64,000 bases of DNA from Octopus vulgaris (taxonomy: Eukaryota). The notes under the pieces were generated by a model. The model made no database searches and was not told the DNA's origin. It worked only from the letters and a program-made list of their open reading frames with translations. Location of the stretch: the NCBI GenBank assembly GCA_951406725.2, contig OX597820.1, positions 6,076,001-6,140,000 of the forward strand, written 5' to 3'. This document shows, piece by piece, positions 1-14,430 of the stretch. The position numbers were made by a program, and so were the translations under genes. The first letter of the stretch is position 1, and each line of letters opens with the position of its first letter.

Positions 1-401
1 CATAAGGGGCTAAACACAGAGAGGTCAAACAAGGACAGACAAACGGATTAAGTCGATTATATCGATCCCAGGGCGTAAATAGTACTTATTTAATTGACCC
101 CGAATGGATGAAAGGCAAAGTCGACCTCGGCGGAATTTGAACTCAGAACGTAACGGCAGACGAAATATCTGTTTCTTTATTACCCACAAGGGGCTAAACA
201 CAGAGGGGACAAACAAGGACAGACAAAGGGATTAAGTCGATTACATCGATCCCAGGGCGTAACTGGCACTTAATTTATCGACCCCGAAAAGATGAAAGGC
301 AAAGTCGACCTCGGCGGAATTAGAACTCAGAACGTAACGGCAGACGAAATACGGCTACGCATTTCGCCCGGCGTGCTAACGGTTCTGCCAGCTCGCCGCC
401 T
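1..401 (-). mobile_element. SINE family A (tRNA head plus Meta-like core), tandem, runs off the window edge
   Basis: Head GGCGGCGAGCTGGCAGA, B box GAGTTCAAATTCC, core GCCTTTCATCC-TTTCGGGGTCGAT..AAGTACCAG; 184-bp period. Confidence 0.9.
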
Positions 402-761
402 CACATACCTTTTATTGAGGTTAGACTATTGAATATCGCAGATCTTCTCAGTGTTTTTTTCTTTGTGCTATTTTAAATCAGATCTTCTTGAGATCCGTTG
501 CACACCTCATCGGTGGCATGACGCAATATTCTAGCGGAGAGTAGATCAGTTCACAATAGGGCGTAACGAGTGAATGTATCAGGCAATAATGTTTAATTAG
601 AATAATTAGCAGAATGGAAAAGAAAACAAGCTTGAGCTAACAGTTAGGTTATAAAAAGTTGAATGCATGTATGCGTGTGTGTGTGTGTGCGTGACTAATG
701 CTTAGATTCAATGGAATGCTTCCTATAGCTTTATCAGATATCTAATTGTGGATACAAGTTT

Positions 762-825
<64 letters not shown>

Positions 826-969
826 CATATGTGCACAGGACGTCATGAAACGTGTACAACAAAAAAGTACGAAGCACGCGTACATAGAACATGAACAATT
901 CTTTCGAACAACAAAAGTTACCAACGGAAAACAAGACAGCATAAATAACGACCCTTCATCAGTTGTTGG

Positions 970-1029
970 CTGTTTACCTAGTCTCGTATTTCGAGCATTT
1001 AACAACAATATATGCTTTCAATAAAACAG
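970..1029 (-). ncRNA. Decayed hammerhead
   Basis: CTGTT/AACAG stem I, AGCAT/ATGCT stem II, GAAAT...GTA; 5' core box corrupted (TTATTGA). Confidence 0.4.
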
Positions 1030-1105
1030 TTGCTCCCGCAATGCATATATATATATATATATATATATACGTATAGATGTATGTGCATATACGTACATAC
1101 ATACA

Positions 1106-1138
<33 letters not shown>

Positions 1139-1144
1139 GCATAT

Positions 1145-1249
<105 letters not shown>

Positions 1250-1323
1250 TATTATTATACGACTGAACGCCGCGTATCCTCTTCCAAATAAGTTTTATCT
1301 ATATAAGTACATGCATACATCCT

Positions 1324-1364
<41 letters not shown>

Positions 1365-1533
1365 TATTGTGTCTGGAGAGCATCACTCTCTTTTAGGGAT
1401 GTATTAATTTAACAGACCGGTGAGTATGATTAATTATAAGACACCAAAAGAGAATGACTCTCCCCACACAAAATAAAATATGCTTCAACACACGAATTCA
1501 CATAAAGAATCTTGCAATCCAAATAGAAGAACG

Positions 1534-1593
<60 letters not shown>

Positions 1594-2109
1594 ACACTTA
1601 AACTTAAACAAGAATATTGTCGACTGTGACCTCGAAGTTAAGCCATGACTAGGTTGCATAAGCCGCCAAAACCTCGAAGTCACTGCCAGTAACATTCCTG
1701 TTTAAGGATGATAAATCTGTACTCTACGAAAGTATAGAGTAGCGCATCAGATTTAATATAAAATTGTTTTTATTATAACTAAACATAAAAACAAATATTT
1801 ACAATGTGCGTGTGTGTGTGTGTATGTTTTCTATTTAATCATTTTCATTAAAATTTAATTTTCGAACGGTTCATATTTCCTCTTCAGTTATACACTAACT
1901 CTCCCACTCTTCTCCTTCTTTCTCTGTCTCTGTATAAGTAATTCATAATACACAAGTACATACATACATACATACATACATACATACATACATACATACA
2001 TACATACATACATACATACATACATACATACATACACATATATATACATACATACATACATACATGCACACACACACACATTAATATCGAACAGTGAATG
2101 ATATATGTT

Positions 2110-2345
2110 TATGCACCGTTGTCATGCTGCGCTCTTGTACAAATATTAAACTTCCACTCAGTACTCTACAACAACGTAACCTGAAACCTCTCTCTCCGTC
2201 ATTCACCTCCACTTAATGACCTTTCAGCTGAGCCATTCATTCGTCCTGATCCGATTGAACTTCTTCGCCGTCTCTTTTCTAACAAATACCACATCCACGA
2301 CAACACATGATGACGATTCTGCGTGAAACACTGGTCGTGTCTCGG
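2110..2345 (+). mobile_element. Decayed Penelope-like 3' end with hammerhead remnant at 2303-2340
   Basis: Frameshifted FQL..IRPD.LN resembles the PLE C-terminal F.L.T..P.GLN motif, followed by ACAC-ATGATGA-...-GAAAC-actg-GTC-GTGT. Confidence 0.45.
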
Positions 2346-2666
2346 AATCGACGTTTCAGATAGTTTTAAATGGAGTAAGCTTTTGAAAATGTTTCAGTCG
2401 TTTAATTCTTTCAACCCACGTCAGTCACTATCAATCAAACCTATGATCAGGGCTGTTCCAAACATGCCATTCTCATCCTTCTCTCTGGCATCACGTCTGT
2501 AGGACTAGAGGTTCTCTCTTTCTCTCTCCCTCTCTCTCTCTTTCTCGCTGTCATTGTCACTTTTTCTATATGTGTGTGTATATTTCTGCTGTGTGCTTTT
2601 GTTGCTTATTTTCAATGACAAAAAGTACTGTCGCCAAAACAGGTTCAGTGCCCAGTCAGCGTCCCA

Positions 2667-2965
2667 TCATCATCATCATTATCATCATCATCATCATTTA
2701 ACGTCCGTTGTCAATGTTGGCATGGGTGGACGGATTGAGAGGAGCTATCAAGGCCAGGAGACGCGCCACACTCCAATTGTCTGTTCTGGCATGGTTTCTA
2801 GGGCCGGATGCCCTTTCTAACACCAGTCACTTTAAAGAGTTCTCTGGATGATTTTTACGTGGCACAAGCACCAGTGTTTTATACGTGGTGCCATCACGGG
2901 TGCTTTACACGGGTACTTTACACGTAGCATTAGCACCAGTGCTTTTCGTGTGGAGCCAGCATCAG
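2667..2965 (-). mobile_element. SINE family E 3' part (Nin-like box, (ATG)n tail, internal repeats of about 20 bp)
   Basis: gggcatccggcc.tagaaaccatgcca...ggacgttaaatgatgatg. Confidence 0.6.
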
Positions 2966-4050
2966 TGGTGCAATAAATCATTTAATTCTGTAATTTGAGA
3001 GATATCTGGCTGTTATTTCTAGCAGGAATAGCTACCACCCGGAGGTTTACCCTTTAACTCATACACCGCGTTTTGTTAGCTGTGGTCACGTGTCAAACAT
3101 ATGCGGAGGGACGCCATATTGAAAATTATTCTAACGAGTCTGAGAATAGATTAATCACTGGATTAATCAGTGAGAGTGCCTCTACATAACTGCTTGACAT
3201 GCTAGAAACAACAGTAATATCTGCCTCATATCACTCACACTATCATAGTAAATAAGAAATAGCCCCTTTAATGCAGTTTCAGGTACACTTTTGATGAAAA
3301 GACAGGATGGTCGTGTGTGGAAAAGTGCTAGATCTTAGGGCTGCTGATCCAATACCCAACCTAGGGTTAAAGACCAGTAACCATAGCAACATTAAAAAAA
3401 GAAAAACCACGCCTTATTTTATTTTCATGTTGAGATTTATGTTTAGAAAACTTTCTACTTAAATATATTTAATTAATACATAAATATAATTAATCTCATA
3501 AAGGCTTAATTAATCTGCATGCTTTTAAGATTTCATTTTAATAATTGGTGACCAAGTGCAATTTAGTGGGGGTTTTTTTTTCATTAGGTTACGTAATAGT
3601 TTTTCTGTTTCAAAGCACAGTAGGGAGATGAATGTGGTGGTGGTGATGATGGTGGTGATGATGATGATGATGATGATGATGATGACGATGCCCGCTCAAT
3701 CGAACATTCCTCTTTGACGCCTGCATCAGCCTGGACATCGAGATGCGCCTCACCGACCCAGCATCTCCCTTAAATTTTGCCTCCATTAGGAAGGGCCGTC
3801 CTTCCAACTCTAACATGCAACCACGAATCGTATGATAACAATTAGGGGACCTATGCTTTCCATTGTGCAATGTATATTCAAAGCCTGGTAACTTGTTCTG
3901 TCGGTGTTTTATTGCCGAACCGCTAAGTTACGTGGACAAAAACACAGCAAAACCAGTTGTCAAACGGTAGGTGGGGATAAACACACGCACACACGTATAT
4001 ACATGTATATTTATGTATTTATGCATGTATGTATGTTTGTATGTATCTAT

Positions 4051-4121
<71 letters not shown>

Positions 4122-4494
4122 TACATACACACATATACATGCGACGGGTTTTTTTCAGTTTCCATCTACCAAATCCATTCACAAGCCTTTGGTTGACCCG
4201 AGGCTATAGCAGAAGACATGTCCAAGGTGCCACGTTGTAAGACTGAACCCGGAACCATGTGATTGGAAAGCAAACTTCTTCCGGCACAGCCACACATGCG
4301 CCTAACTTGTCCTAATCAAGTCGTAACGGGGAGAAGAATATTTTTTGCGTTCGCATTTTTTTTTTCGTTTCTGTGGTTTCCGAAGCTGACTTCCGAGAGA
4401 CGTTTGATGCGGGTGTTTCTATTGCATTGTGGGTACATAGCGATTGGTGTAGCGATGAGAAAGGATGTGGTGTGACCCACGTGGGTGCTGTTGC

Positions 4495-4683
4495 TTGTTG
4501 TTGTTGTTGTTGTCGTTGATGATGAGGATGAAGGCAGGGTGGTGATGGCGACGGCGATGATTGTGGTGGTGGTGGTGGTGGTGGTGGTGGTAGCGGTGTT
4601 GATGGCGGCTGCGACGGCAGTGATGATGATGATGGCGGCGGCAGTGATGATGATGATGATGGCGATGATGGTGGCGATGATGA

Positions 4684-4717
<34 letters not shown>

Positions 4718-5389
4718 GATGGTGATGTTGATGATAATGCTGATTACGATGATGATGATGATGATGTTGGTAATAATGTTGACGACAACGACGGCGCTGT
4801 TGACGTGAGGAAGTCGTTTTAATAGGGCGCCCTTCCATTGGCGATAGGCGCGGAGCCGAGGGGAAAGCGATGGCTGAAATGTTTATTGGCCGGCCATAGA
4901 CATACTTTACTGATGAGGTGTGCAGGGTGGGGGGCCATGATTCAGGGGTGGGGTGGGGGTGGAGCCGAATGGTGAGGGTGTTGGCGCTAAGGGTTGACAT
5001 TCAGTAGACAATGAGCAGAAGATTGACGATAAAGATAGTTTTAAGAGACAAAGAGTTGGTGTTAATTGCGCACCGGGAAGGGAAATAGTGAACATAAATA
5101 AGTAAAAATAAATAATAAAAATAAATAAATAAATAATAGTAATAATAATAACAATAATGATGATGATGATGATGATGATGATGATAATAATGATGATGAT
5201 ACTACTACTACTACTACAACTAATAATAATAATAATAATAATAATAATGATGATGATGATTATAATAATGACGGTGGAGGTTATAACAATAACATTGATG
5301 ATGGTAATAACGCTGATGATAATGGTGGTAGTAGTAGTAGTAGTAGTATAATAATAATAACAGTAATAATAATAATAGTAGTAGTAGTA

Positions 5390-5428
<39 letters not shown>

Positions 5429-5482
5429 GTAATAATAATAGTAGTAATAATAATAATAATAATAACAATAATAGTAATAATA

Positions 5483-5513
<31 letters not shown>

Positions 5514-5521
5514 TAGTAATG

Positions 5522-5574
<53 letters not shown>

Positions 5575-5670
5575 CATGAAGATGATGATGATTTCTTTTT
5601 TCATAACAATAACAACAGCAATAAGGATGATGATGATGATGATAATCATATTAATAGCAATAATAATAAA
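4495..5670. repeat. Compound trinucleotide microsatellite block (GAT/GGT/AAT/AGT)
   Basis: Direct reading. Confidence 0.95.
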
Positions 5671-6145
5671 GCTTTTAGGGGCTTGAGAAATGTTTTTCAG
5701 CCTTTTAACCTCGCGTTCATCGCTCCAATGAAAGCGAACTAAATATTTGATGAGGAGGTGGGTGAGGATGGGCGCGGAAGGAATGGGGGTTGTGTGTTTT
5801 TTTATTAACAAGGAAGGAAGGAAGAGGAGAACAGGATTATTATTATGAGAAATGTGCTGCAGTGCAATTTGCTAACTAAATCCCAGTTAAGCGAGGTTAG
5901 ATGCGATGTAAATACAAGTGCACCGAGTGACTGCGTAGGAACCGAAACTAGCGCCAAAGCTAACACCAACACCAACACGAAAACCAACACGAAAACCACG
6001 GCTACCGGTACGAAGAACAGTGACCTAAGAAGGCCTCTTTAGAAATGTCCGTGGATTCGATTGTTACTTTCAATTGTTCATCAAAGATAGATTGTAGGAA
6101 AAGCAATAATTTCCTGGTATTTATTAAGTTTTTGTTAGGTATGAG

Positions 6146-6349
6146 CACGCCGGGCGAAATGCTCAACCGTATTTCGTCTGCCGTTACGTTCTGAGTTCAA
6201 ATTCCGCCGAGGTCGACTTTGCCTTTCATATTTTCGGGGTCGATTAAATGAGTACCAGCTACGCACTGGGGTCGATTTAATCGACTTAATCCGTTTGCCT
6301 GTCCTTGTTTGTCCTCTCTGTGTTTAGCCCCTTGTGGGTAGTAAAGAAA
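6146..6349 (+). mobile_element. SINE family A, 5'-truncated
   Basis: Body matches family A; TSD taggtatgag at 6136-6145 and 6350-6359. Confidence 0.9.
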
Positions 6350-6469
6350 TAGGTATGAGTGTGTGGTTAAAGCCGTTGACTTCACCAATAAATGCTTGTC
6401 TGTTGTCTCTGCCATTTATATCGTCATTCTTTGCCATTAACTCGTATAACTTACCACAGTTCATACATT

Positions 6470-6785
6470 GGTGTGGTTTGTTCCTTCTTGAGCCATGCCT
6501 GGCTCATAAGGGCCGGTTTCTCGATTTCATTGGCGTATAAGCCCCCACCACCAACTGTACGGGTCAACGGTCCGTCGCAGGTGAACTGCTAGATGCAGGA
6601 GGAAAGACTGAGAGAAAGTTGTGGCGAAAGAGTCAGCAGAAGAGATTCGCCATTACCTTCTGCCGGAGCCATATGGAGCTTAAGTGTTTCGCTCATAAAC
6701 ACACACATTGCCCGGTCTGAGATTCAAACCCGCGATCCCTCGATTGTGAGTCCGCCTCTCTAACCACTAGGCCATGTACCTCTAC
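6470..6785 (-). mobile_element. SINE family C
   Basis: tRNA-like head tggcctagtggttag...gggtttgaatc; TSD ttcatacatt at 6460-6469 and 6788-6797. Confidence 0.85.
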
Positions 6786-9700
6786 AATTCATACATTAAT
6801 ACTCAATTTTATCTTCCCTAAAACGTGACAAAGAACTCAGTATCAAGCAGACGTGTATTTAGTTGTGTTCGTCAGCGGATATCAAGACCTGTTGTGTACA
6901 ACCAAAAGCTCAGTAGCAAGACGAAATCGCATCATATATAATGTTAGAGAAGAGTCAGGGTATCTTTAACCGCCTGGTGGTATTCAGTATTCTTTGAATA
7001 TGAAAATCAGCCAGGATATATTATTACTATCGGACTATATCATCTCGTATATTTCACTAAACAGCCTATTGAGTTCTACGATTTTGTTATTGCAACAGAC
7101 CCAAACAAAATCCCCAGCAATGGTCGTCGAAGTCAACAGCTGTTCATATACACGGTTTATAAATTCTATGCAATGTACGGAGTGCTCTTTCAGTCTGTTT
7201 GTACACATAAAGCTATACATATACAATCATACATATATAATACATACATACACACACACATATATATATATATATATACATACATACATCATGATGACAA
7301 TATATACTTTTGTACACCCATACAAGTACATATGCGCGCACACTCTCTTTCTCTCTCTCTCTCACATACACATACAGACATATAATTTGCACATCCATAA
7401 ACATATACATGCAATTATATGTAAGTATACTAAAGTTGGTGCTAAGATATTTTAGAAAATTTTAATTAATTAAAATTTATTAAATAAGCAATGCACTGCA
7501 AAGTCTGTGTGATATATATATATACACACATACAAGCAGACATACACACATGTATGTATGTATGTATGTATGTACGTTTGTATATAGATTAGTAAAGGAA
7601 TCATAAGAATCTAGGTCCATAAGCCCGAAGGACTCCAGAATTGGCTAGGTAAAATAAAATAGGTTACAGAGTGTGGTAAAATAACCATGAATATATCATG
7701 TGTTAGTAAGATACATATTTGTGTTCTTTTTACATGTTTATGTGCGCGCGTGTGTGTGTAGGTGTGTGAACATGTGTGTGTGTGTGTGTGTGCATGTTTT
7801 CTAATTCCAACAAAGGCATGCTTCAGTGGGCTTGCAACTTGGCCCTCAACGCCCTTTCTGGTTGACAATGGACTCTGGTTCTTAAACGAATAACAGAAGC
7901 AGAGAACTAAGCCTGGACAAATATAGAAACAGAATACTCGGTGCCAGGTTCGTGTGTTTGGAGTGGTTTCTACTTTGATGCCTTGGTTGCAGAAATAACA
8001 CGGCAGGGGTGTGTGTAGATATTGTCGGAAAGCAACGGAACTGCTGCCATGTTCAGTCAACACTCCCATATGCCTATGATATATGATGGGTGTATGTATA
8101 CGCATCTATATATATATATATATATATTAACATAATCCTTATTGGTGAAGGGCATCCAATATGAAATAGATTTAGTTTCGATATCATTCTTTCATGTAGA
8201 CTTGGCTATTGTAGTCCGGGAGAAATCTAGTCTCCCACAGGCTATTGCTAACATCACTTATTTTGCAACACCTTTGAGTATCGGTTATCTCCCATGACGT
8301 CTACCACATTTTAAGGGATATCGCTGCTTTTATTTTTAGTCTACAATACACTGCTGAAATACGGAGAGGCTTTGTCTTCCAAGTTCTGCGTTTTTAGGAT
8401 ACGTTTGGAACCTTGGTCTTTCAGATGCCAGTCGAATTGGAATAAGGAAGTGGAATTATCTTAGTCATCGATCTAAGCAAATGAAAATGCTGATAATATA
8501 GAATCTTGGATGTATTAAAGGTGGGTTACGTGAAAATTCTTTCAATATCATCCAGGTGTGATATAAATGTTGTATATATCACCCCTTTGAAGAGGTAACA
8601 TTATCTAAGCAAAGAGATTGATGGATTTCTGAAGTTACAAGCTGGCTTTTGGTGGTGAGATTGTCTGGCTGCATATTTTTAGTTGTAGTGTGTAAAGCAC
8701 TGTTATCCAGGAATGTTATCTAGGAAGCAATGTTATCCAGGCAGGAATAGTTGACCTTAACGTTATCGGTGTTGAAGATTTTGTTATATTTGTGCGTAGG
8801 TGGAAATTATTGTCTTATTATAATGCGTTCTTGGTTATATTAGATGTAATGTATGTATGCATATATGTAAGTATGTATGTATGTATGTATGTATGTGTGT
8901 TCGCATGTGCGTGTGTGTATGTGCGCGCGAGCGTATGTGTTTGTATGGGTGAATGTGTGCAAATGCGTATGTGTTTGCGTTTGTTTACCGTCATTTAAGA
9001 ATACTGAAAGCCAACAACAATTCCGTTACCATTATCAAAATCTTTCTTCGTTGTAATAATGGTATCTGAAGAACGCCATTTCTCTGTACTACTTGAAGTT
9101 GTTAAAAAATTAAACAGTTTTAGGCATCTATCTACCTGTGTGTGCATATATATGTGCATGTGTGAGTGTGAGTGTGTGTGTGTCCTGTACGTAAATTGAA
9201 TTCCCATTTTGCTCGTATCAAAGAGTACACTCTCCCCGTCTCTCTCCTTATCCCTTATTCCTTGTCCTTCTCTCTTTCCCTCTTACCTGTTTGTCTCTCT
9301 GTCTCCATCTCTCTCTGTCTCACTCTCCTGTCTCTATCTCTCCCCTCTCTCTCATCAGATATATGTTACTCCTCCTCATCACCGAGAGCAGTGTTGCTTA
9401 TATCTCTTTATATTTTACCCTAAGACAAACTGAAGAAAATTGCCCAAGTTGCTTAACACACGCTCGTAAGGTTACCTTACATTTCAAAACATTAACATAA
9501 ACACACACTCTTACCTACATATATAACTACACAAAGATACATACATACACACCAGAAGCATATAAATATCTACAGACTTAAACACACACACGTATCATAG
9601 GAAATAGACAAGCTTAGGCTTTGGTCAACCCTGCCAACAGTACAAGACACTTGTCCAGAGTGACACGCAGTGGAACTGAACCCGGAATCTTGTGGTTGGG

Positions 9701-10019
9701 AAGCAAGCTTCTTACCGCACAGCCACGCCTGCGTCTATGTATGTAATAAATGGTTAAATTATGTTTAGAAATGTGAAAACTGACATAACATCTAAGACAA
9801 GTCATAACAAGGACGTAAATTATAAAAAAAGACTAAGACAAGTTCGTTGGTAACGAAGTGGAGAGAGAGAGACGACAATTTTGACATTATAATTTTCTGC
9901 TCACTGGGTACATGATGTGTCTGCTTCCACCCCCGGTAACGTATCTATGGCAACGTGAGTAGTTGGATAGCAACAGCACAAGTTGCTACAATAACAACAG
10001 CAACAACAACAATAGCAAT

Positions 10020-10618
10020 GATTCTTTCTAAATTTGGCACGAAGCCAGCATTTTTGAAGTGAGGCGTACGCAACTGGTACTTATTTTATCCACCTTGAAA
10101 GGATGACAGACATTGTCAACCTCGGCGCAATTTGAACTCAGAACGTATAGATCCCGGGGAAATACCCTTCAGCATTTTGTCCGGTTTCGTAACGATTCTG
10201 CCAACACGCCGCCTTCACAGCAAAAGTTAATAATCTTTTCTACGAAAGGAACAAGACCCGACACTTTGGGGGAGGCGGCTAGTCGATTAAATCGTCCCCA
10301 GTGTACAACTGGTACTCATTATATCGATCCCAAGAGGCTGAAATTCAAAATCGACCTCGGCAGAGTTTCAACCCAGAACGTGAAGACGGACTAAATGCCG
10401 CAAAACATTTGATCCGGCGCACTAACGATTCTGCCAGTTTGATTTCTTTCTACAACAACAGTAACAATAAATAACAAATATAAAAACAACAATAGCATCA
10501 CAACGAGAATAACAACAGCAATAAGAACAAGAACAATATTCTTTTCTACTCTTGGCACAAGGCCCGAAATTTTTAGGGAGGTGGGGAGGCCCATTCGATT
10601 AGATCGACCCCAGTACAA
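10020..10618 (-). mobile_element. Cluster of three older SINE A copies with the alternative tail
   Basis: Repeated cacaaggcccgaaattt...cgaccccagt...tcgacctcggc. Confidence 0.75.
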
Positions 10619-10800
10619 TATTTACATCAAAAGGAACAGCAGCAACAACAACTGCAGGACACTTTGAATGATGTGATTTTGAGTTTTATGTTCGTAATAA
10701 ACAGGGTTAAGAGTCACGGCTGGAAAGCCTTTGACCATAAATCTGTTAGTACAACGACTACGTTGATCTCTTTGAGAGATTTTATAACTAGAATTCTTGC

Positions 10801-10838
<38 letters not shown>

Positions 10839-11507
10839 ACAGAGGAGAGGGAACGGAGAGAAAGAGATGAAACTGACTTGGAGTTTGCAATAAATTTCAC
10901 GGTACTCTCAAGTTAGGGTTACGCGAACAATAGATACTCAGTGAAAGTGTTTTAAAATAACATTATTTTAACACACACACAAACACACACACACGCAGAG
11001 TCTCTCTCTCTCTGTCTCCAACACACAAATTTATGGTTGTATCTATGTATGTGAGAGTATGTCTGTCTAGGGAATCACTCGGTGAATCCATATAACATTA
11101 CTCAGAGTTTCATGCGCGCAAGGGATGTATAGGGTCAGTTTAGCAATTCTGGAAGAATGGAAATGCTTTATCAACGCAACTTTTGGTCAGATTCTAAATT
11201 ATCCGTGCTGGGGACATGGTCAAATATGCGCGAGGCCGAATGTCTAGATGAACGGACGATATGTGAGACTAAAGAATCCTGGCCTATGTTCAGCTAGGAG
11301 TAATCATGCCATGATACTCATAAGTGGCAGTGGATTTTGTCTCAGTAAACCATGGCTATCTATGGCTATGGAAAGAGGCGATTCATTTTGGAAGTTGTCC
11401 CAGACGAAGAGCTTCTGGTGGAAGCATTGAGATGACACCTCTAACCTTTGGTTAATAGCTGCCCGTAGACGCTTTGACTAACAGGCATATTACGCTACAT
11501 AATATTA

Positions 11508-11715
11508 AGGCGGTGAGCTGGCAGAAACGTTAGTGCACCGGGCGAAATGCTTAGCGGCATTAAAATTCCGCCGAGGTCGACTTTGCCTTTTTATCCTTTC
11601 GGGGTCGATTAAATAAGTACCAGTTACGCACTGGGGTCGATATAATCGACTTAATCCATTTGTCTGTCCTTGTTTTCCCTCTCTGTGTTTAGCCCCTTGT
11701 GGGTAATAAAGAAAT
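11508..11715 (+). mobile_element. SINE family A
   Basis: 16-bp TSD aggcatattacgctac at 11483-11498 and 11716-11731. Confidence 0.92.
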
Positions 11716-11789
11716 AGGCATATTACGCTACGTCAGTTAATCATCGATTCATACCGAACAGAGTCAACGTGTGTTTACTGCACTCACTA

Positions 11790-12400
11790 AGTTGTTGCAA
11801 GTTGAGCAACTTGGGATTTGGAATAGCAGCGTATTTATATGAAATTGCATTTTAAAATGGGAAATAAAACTTTATGGAAGCTTTTTCCGTTGTTGCAAAA
11901 GGCTTATCGGGAGGACTGATCCGTAGTTTATATCAGGAGTAGCTCCAGAATTTCAAATTAGGAACGAAATCTACACAAAAAAGAGGTGGCGAGCTGGCAG
12001 AATCGTTAGCAGTCTGCCGTCACGTTCTGAGTTCAAATTCCGCCGTTTTCATTCTTTCGGGGTCGATTAAATAAGTACCAATTATGCACTTTGTCCTTGT
12101 TTGTCTCCTCTATGTTTAGCCCCCCTGTGGGCAATAAATAAATATCTACACGGAAGCATAAATAATAATGCTTCCTGGGAAAGAGACATCAGTGAAATTG
12201 TGAAAGAGTTTGATACAATCCCTGAAAATCCACGAGTGTGGTTGGTCACGAAGTTTACATAAAAGTACGCATCGATTCTAGTTAGTGCCATACAATTTTG
12301 AATTAAAAAAAAATTAAACCCGAAACATGTAATGTTGATATAAACAAAAAGAGAACCGAGTCTCATCGACTAAATGGGGCGGTACTCAGAGTTCCAAGTT
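11790..12400 (+). mobile_element. Old mariner-like transposase relic interrupted by a SINE
   Basis: Frameshifted EQ...MKLHFKMG...LLQKAY.ED and ENPRV...CHTIL resemble a mariner N-terminus. Confidence 0.4.
11985..12140 (+). mobile_element. SINE family A, internally deleted
   Basis: Head and tail match; atctacac duplication on both flanks. Confidence 0.8.
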
Positions 12401-12892
12401 GAGATCTTCAAGCATCTTAAGTGTTATGAATTGTGATGTAGAGATATCTTGATGTTTTTTTTTTTCGTTTTTTGTCTTTTTTTTTAATGTTGGGGACAGA
12501 AAGAAATTTGCAGTTGAGTGTTAAAGGCAATTAGTTTAGTTGTGGAATGAGTAAACATCATTTCTCATAGACTGCGTTTCTATATCGTCCCTGCATTCCA
12601 GAAAACGAAGGCATAATGCAGCAGATGGGCTGAAAATACGGGTATGAATATACATGTGAGTGTGTGTGGGGTCGAGTGGGTGGGGACGGGTGGGGGGTAA
12701 AACCCCCGACCAAGCTCCCCTCCACCCATCCACCCATGGTGTGTATGCTTGTATCTATGTATTTGGCAGTTCATAAATGTTAGCATGTATGAATACGCAG
12801 AGAAATATGTATGTGTGTATATATTATATAACGTATACATATATGTCTATAAGTATGTATATGTATGTGTTTTATAAAAATATCTATCTATC

Positions 12893-12952
<60 letters not shown>

Positions 12953-13077
12953 CATAAGTATATATATATATATATGCAGATAGAGGGATATATAGATATG
13001 TACATACAAATATACATATTTACATGTATACATATACGCACATACACAAACAGGTATACATACTGACAAACACACAT

Positions 13078-13112
<35 letters not shown>

Positions 13113-13130
13113 CATACATGCATACATACA

Positions 13131-13166
<36 letters not shown>

Positions 13167-13186
13167 CTTATATATATGTATATATA

Positions 13187-13253
<67 letters not shown>

Positions 13254-13743
13254 ACATATGTAGACGCATACATAGAACACATGCAACAACCTAGATCGTA
13301 CGTACAGCCTATACTTCGCTCACTCTTTTTTTTCTTTTCCTCTATGTATACGGATATCTACATGTTCTGTTTTGTTAGCCCAAAAGCTGTTTACATTTAA
13401 ACGAACATTATGAGAATTTTCTGTTTTTTTAATACCTATGAAGATAATTGAAATCGGTACCCAGTTACAAAACTAACGATTCTTTCTTGCTTAATTTGCT
13501 TGTATTCCGCGTTTTCTGTTACATTCGCTGCCATGTTTGACTACAAGATCCGAGCACGGCATTTAGCTGCTATTTGACAAAATTCAACAAAAATATAATT
13601 ATACAAAAAATTCACGCTACATGCATGAGCATATACATGAATGTATGTATGTATGTATGGCTGAATGTAAGCATTCATGTATGTTTGTGTATACACACAT
13701 ACACATAAATATGTTTGTATGTGTATCTGCGTCTCTCTCTCTT

Positions 13744-13811
<68 letters not shown>

Positions 13812-13953
13812 ACAGACGGAGAATGAACATACAACCATCATGTTCTTAATGATGAAATTAACCTCTCTGTCTATATATCTACGCTCTTTGTAATATTGGC
13901 AAATTAAATAAGTATAAGAATGTGCATTGTCCGTTTAATTGAAAAATTCTATA

Positions 13954-14041
13954 TGTGGCTGAAGATTGCTCGACATTTTAAAACTGACGTAATACTTACA
14001 GTGTTTAATAAAATGAAGTAGCAAGAAACAATTGTACTACA
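13954..14041 (+). ncRNA. Type I hammerhead ribozyme, intact core
   Basis: TGTGG-CTGAAGA-TTGCT...AGCAA-GAAAC-AATT-GTA-CTACA; stem I 5 bp, stem II closed by TTGCT/AGCAA, palindromic stem III loop. Confidence 0.88.
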
Positions 14042-14080
14042 CTACCTTGGATATCCTTGTTGCTTATATATATATATATA

Positions 14081-14430
14081 TTAGCTTTAAAACCGCCCTA
14101 TAGGACGGATTTTAATCTAGTATATAGCTTTTAAGCATCTGGACCTCAATGGGAAGTTCTGCAAACAGATCTCTGACTTGTTTCGGAGAATTTGTTGCAA
14201 TTGCTTCCCCCAGAGTCATATCCCAATCATGATCATATTCATCACAAAAAATCATGTACAAAAAAAAAAAAAAAATCATCAAAAATATAGGGATCCAAAA
14301 TTTCAGGATTGCCTGTCCGGATTCGGTCCGGAATGTTTTTGATTTACTCACGGAGTCAGCCTGATGCGAAAATGGAGTAAAGTTGAAGAAGTGTGACACA
14401 TTGACACACAGAAATTAGTTTTCGCATTTA
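14081..14430. mobile_element. Non-autonomous Helitron/HINE-like element with a RepHel-like fragment
   Basis: Minus-strand DHDWDMTLGEA.ATNSPKQVRDLFA resembles the Helitron RepHel segment HWD.TL.EA...SP.QLR.LFA; subterminal hairpin aaaaccgcc/ggacggatttt. Confidence 0.5.

Noticed and set aside
3610-5000. Poly-His ORFs 3610..3870 and 4419..5000
   Set aside because: Dominated by (CAT/CAC)n; no convincing splice sites or phase link to the gene
7610-7640. GGTCCATAAGCCC resembling twister ribozyme P4
   Set aside because: The other twister conserved elements and pseudoknots were not found
9941-9954. RFX X-box-like GTATCTATGGCAAC
   Set aside because: Single motif with no promoter context; could be chance
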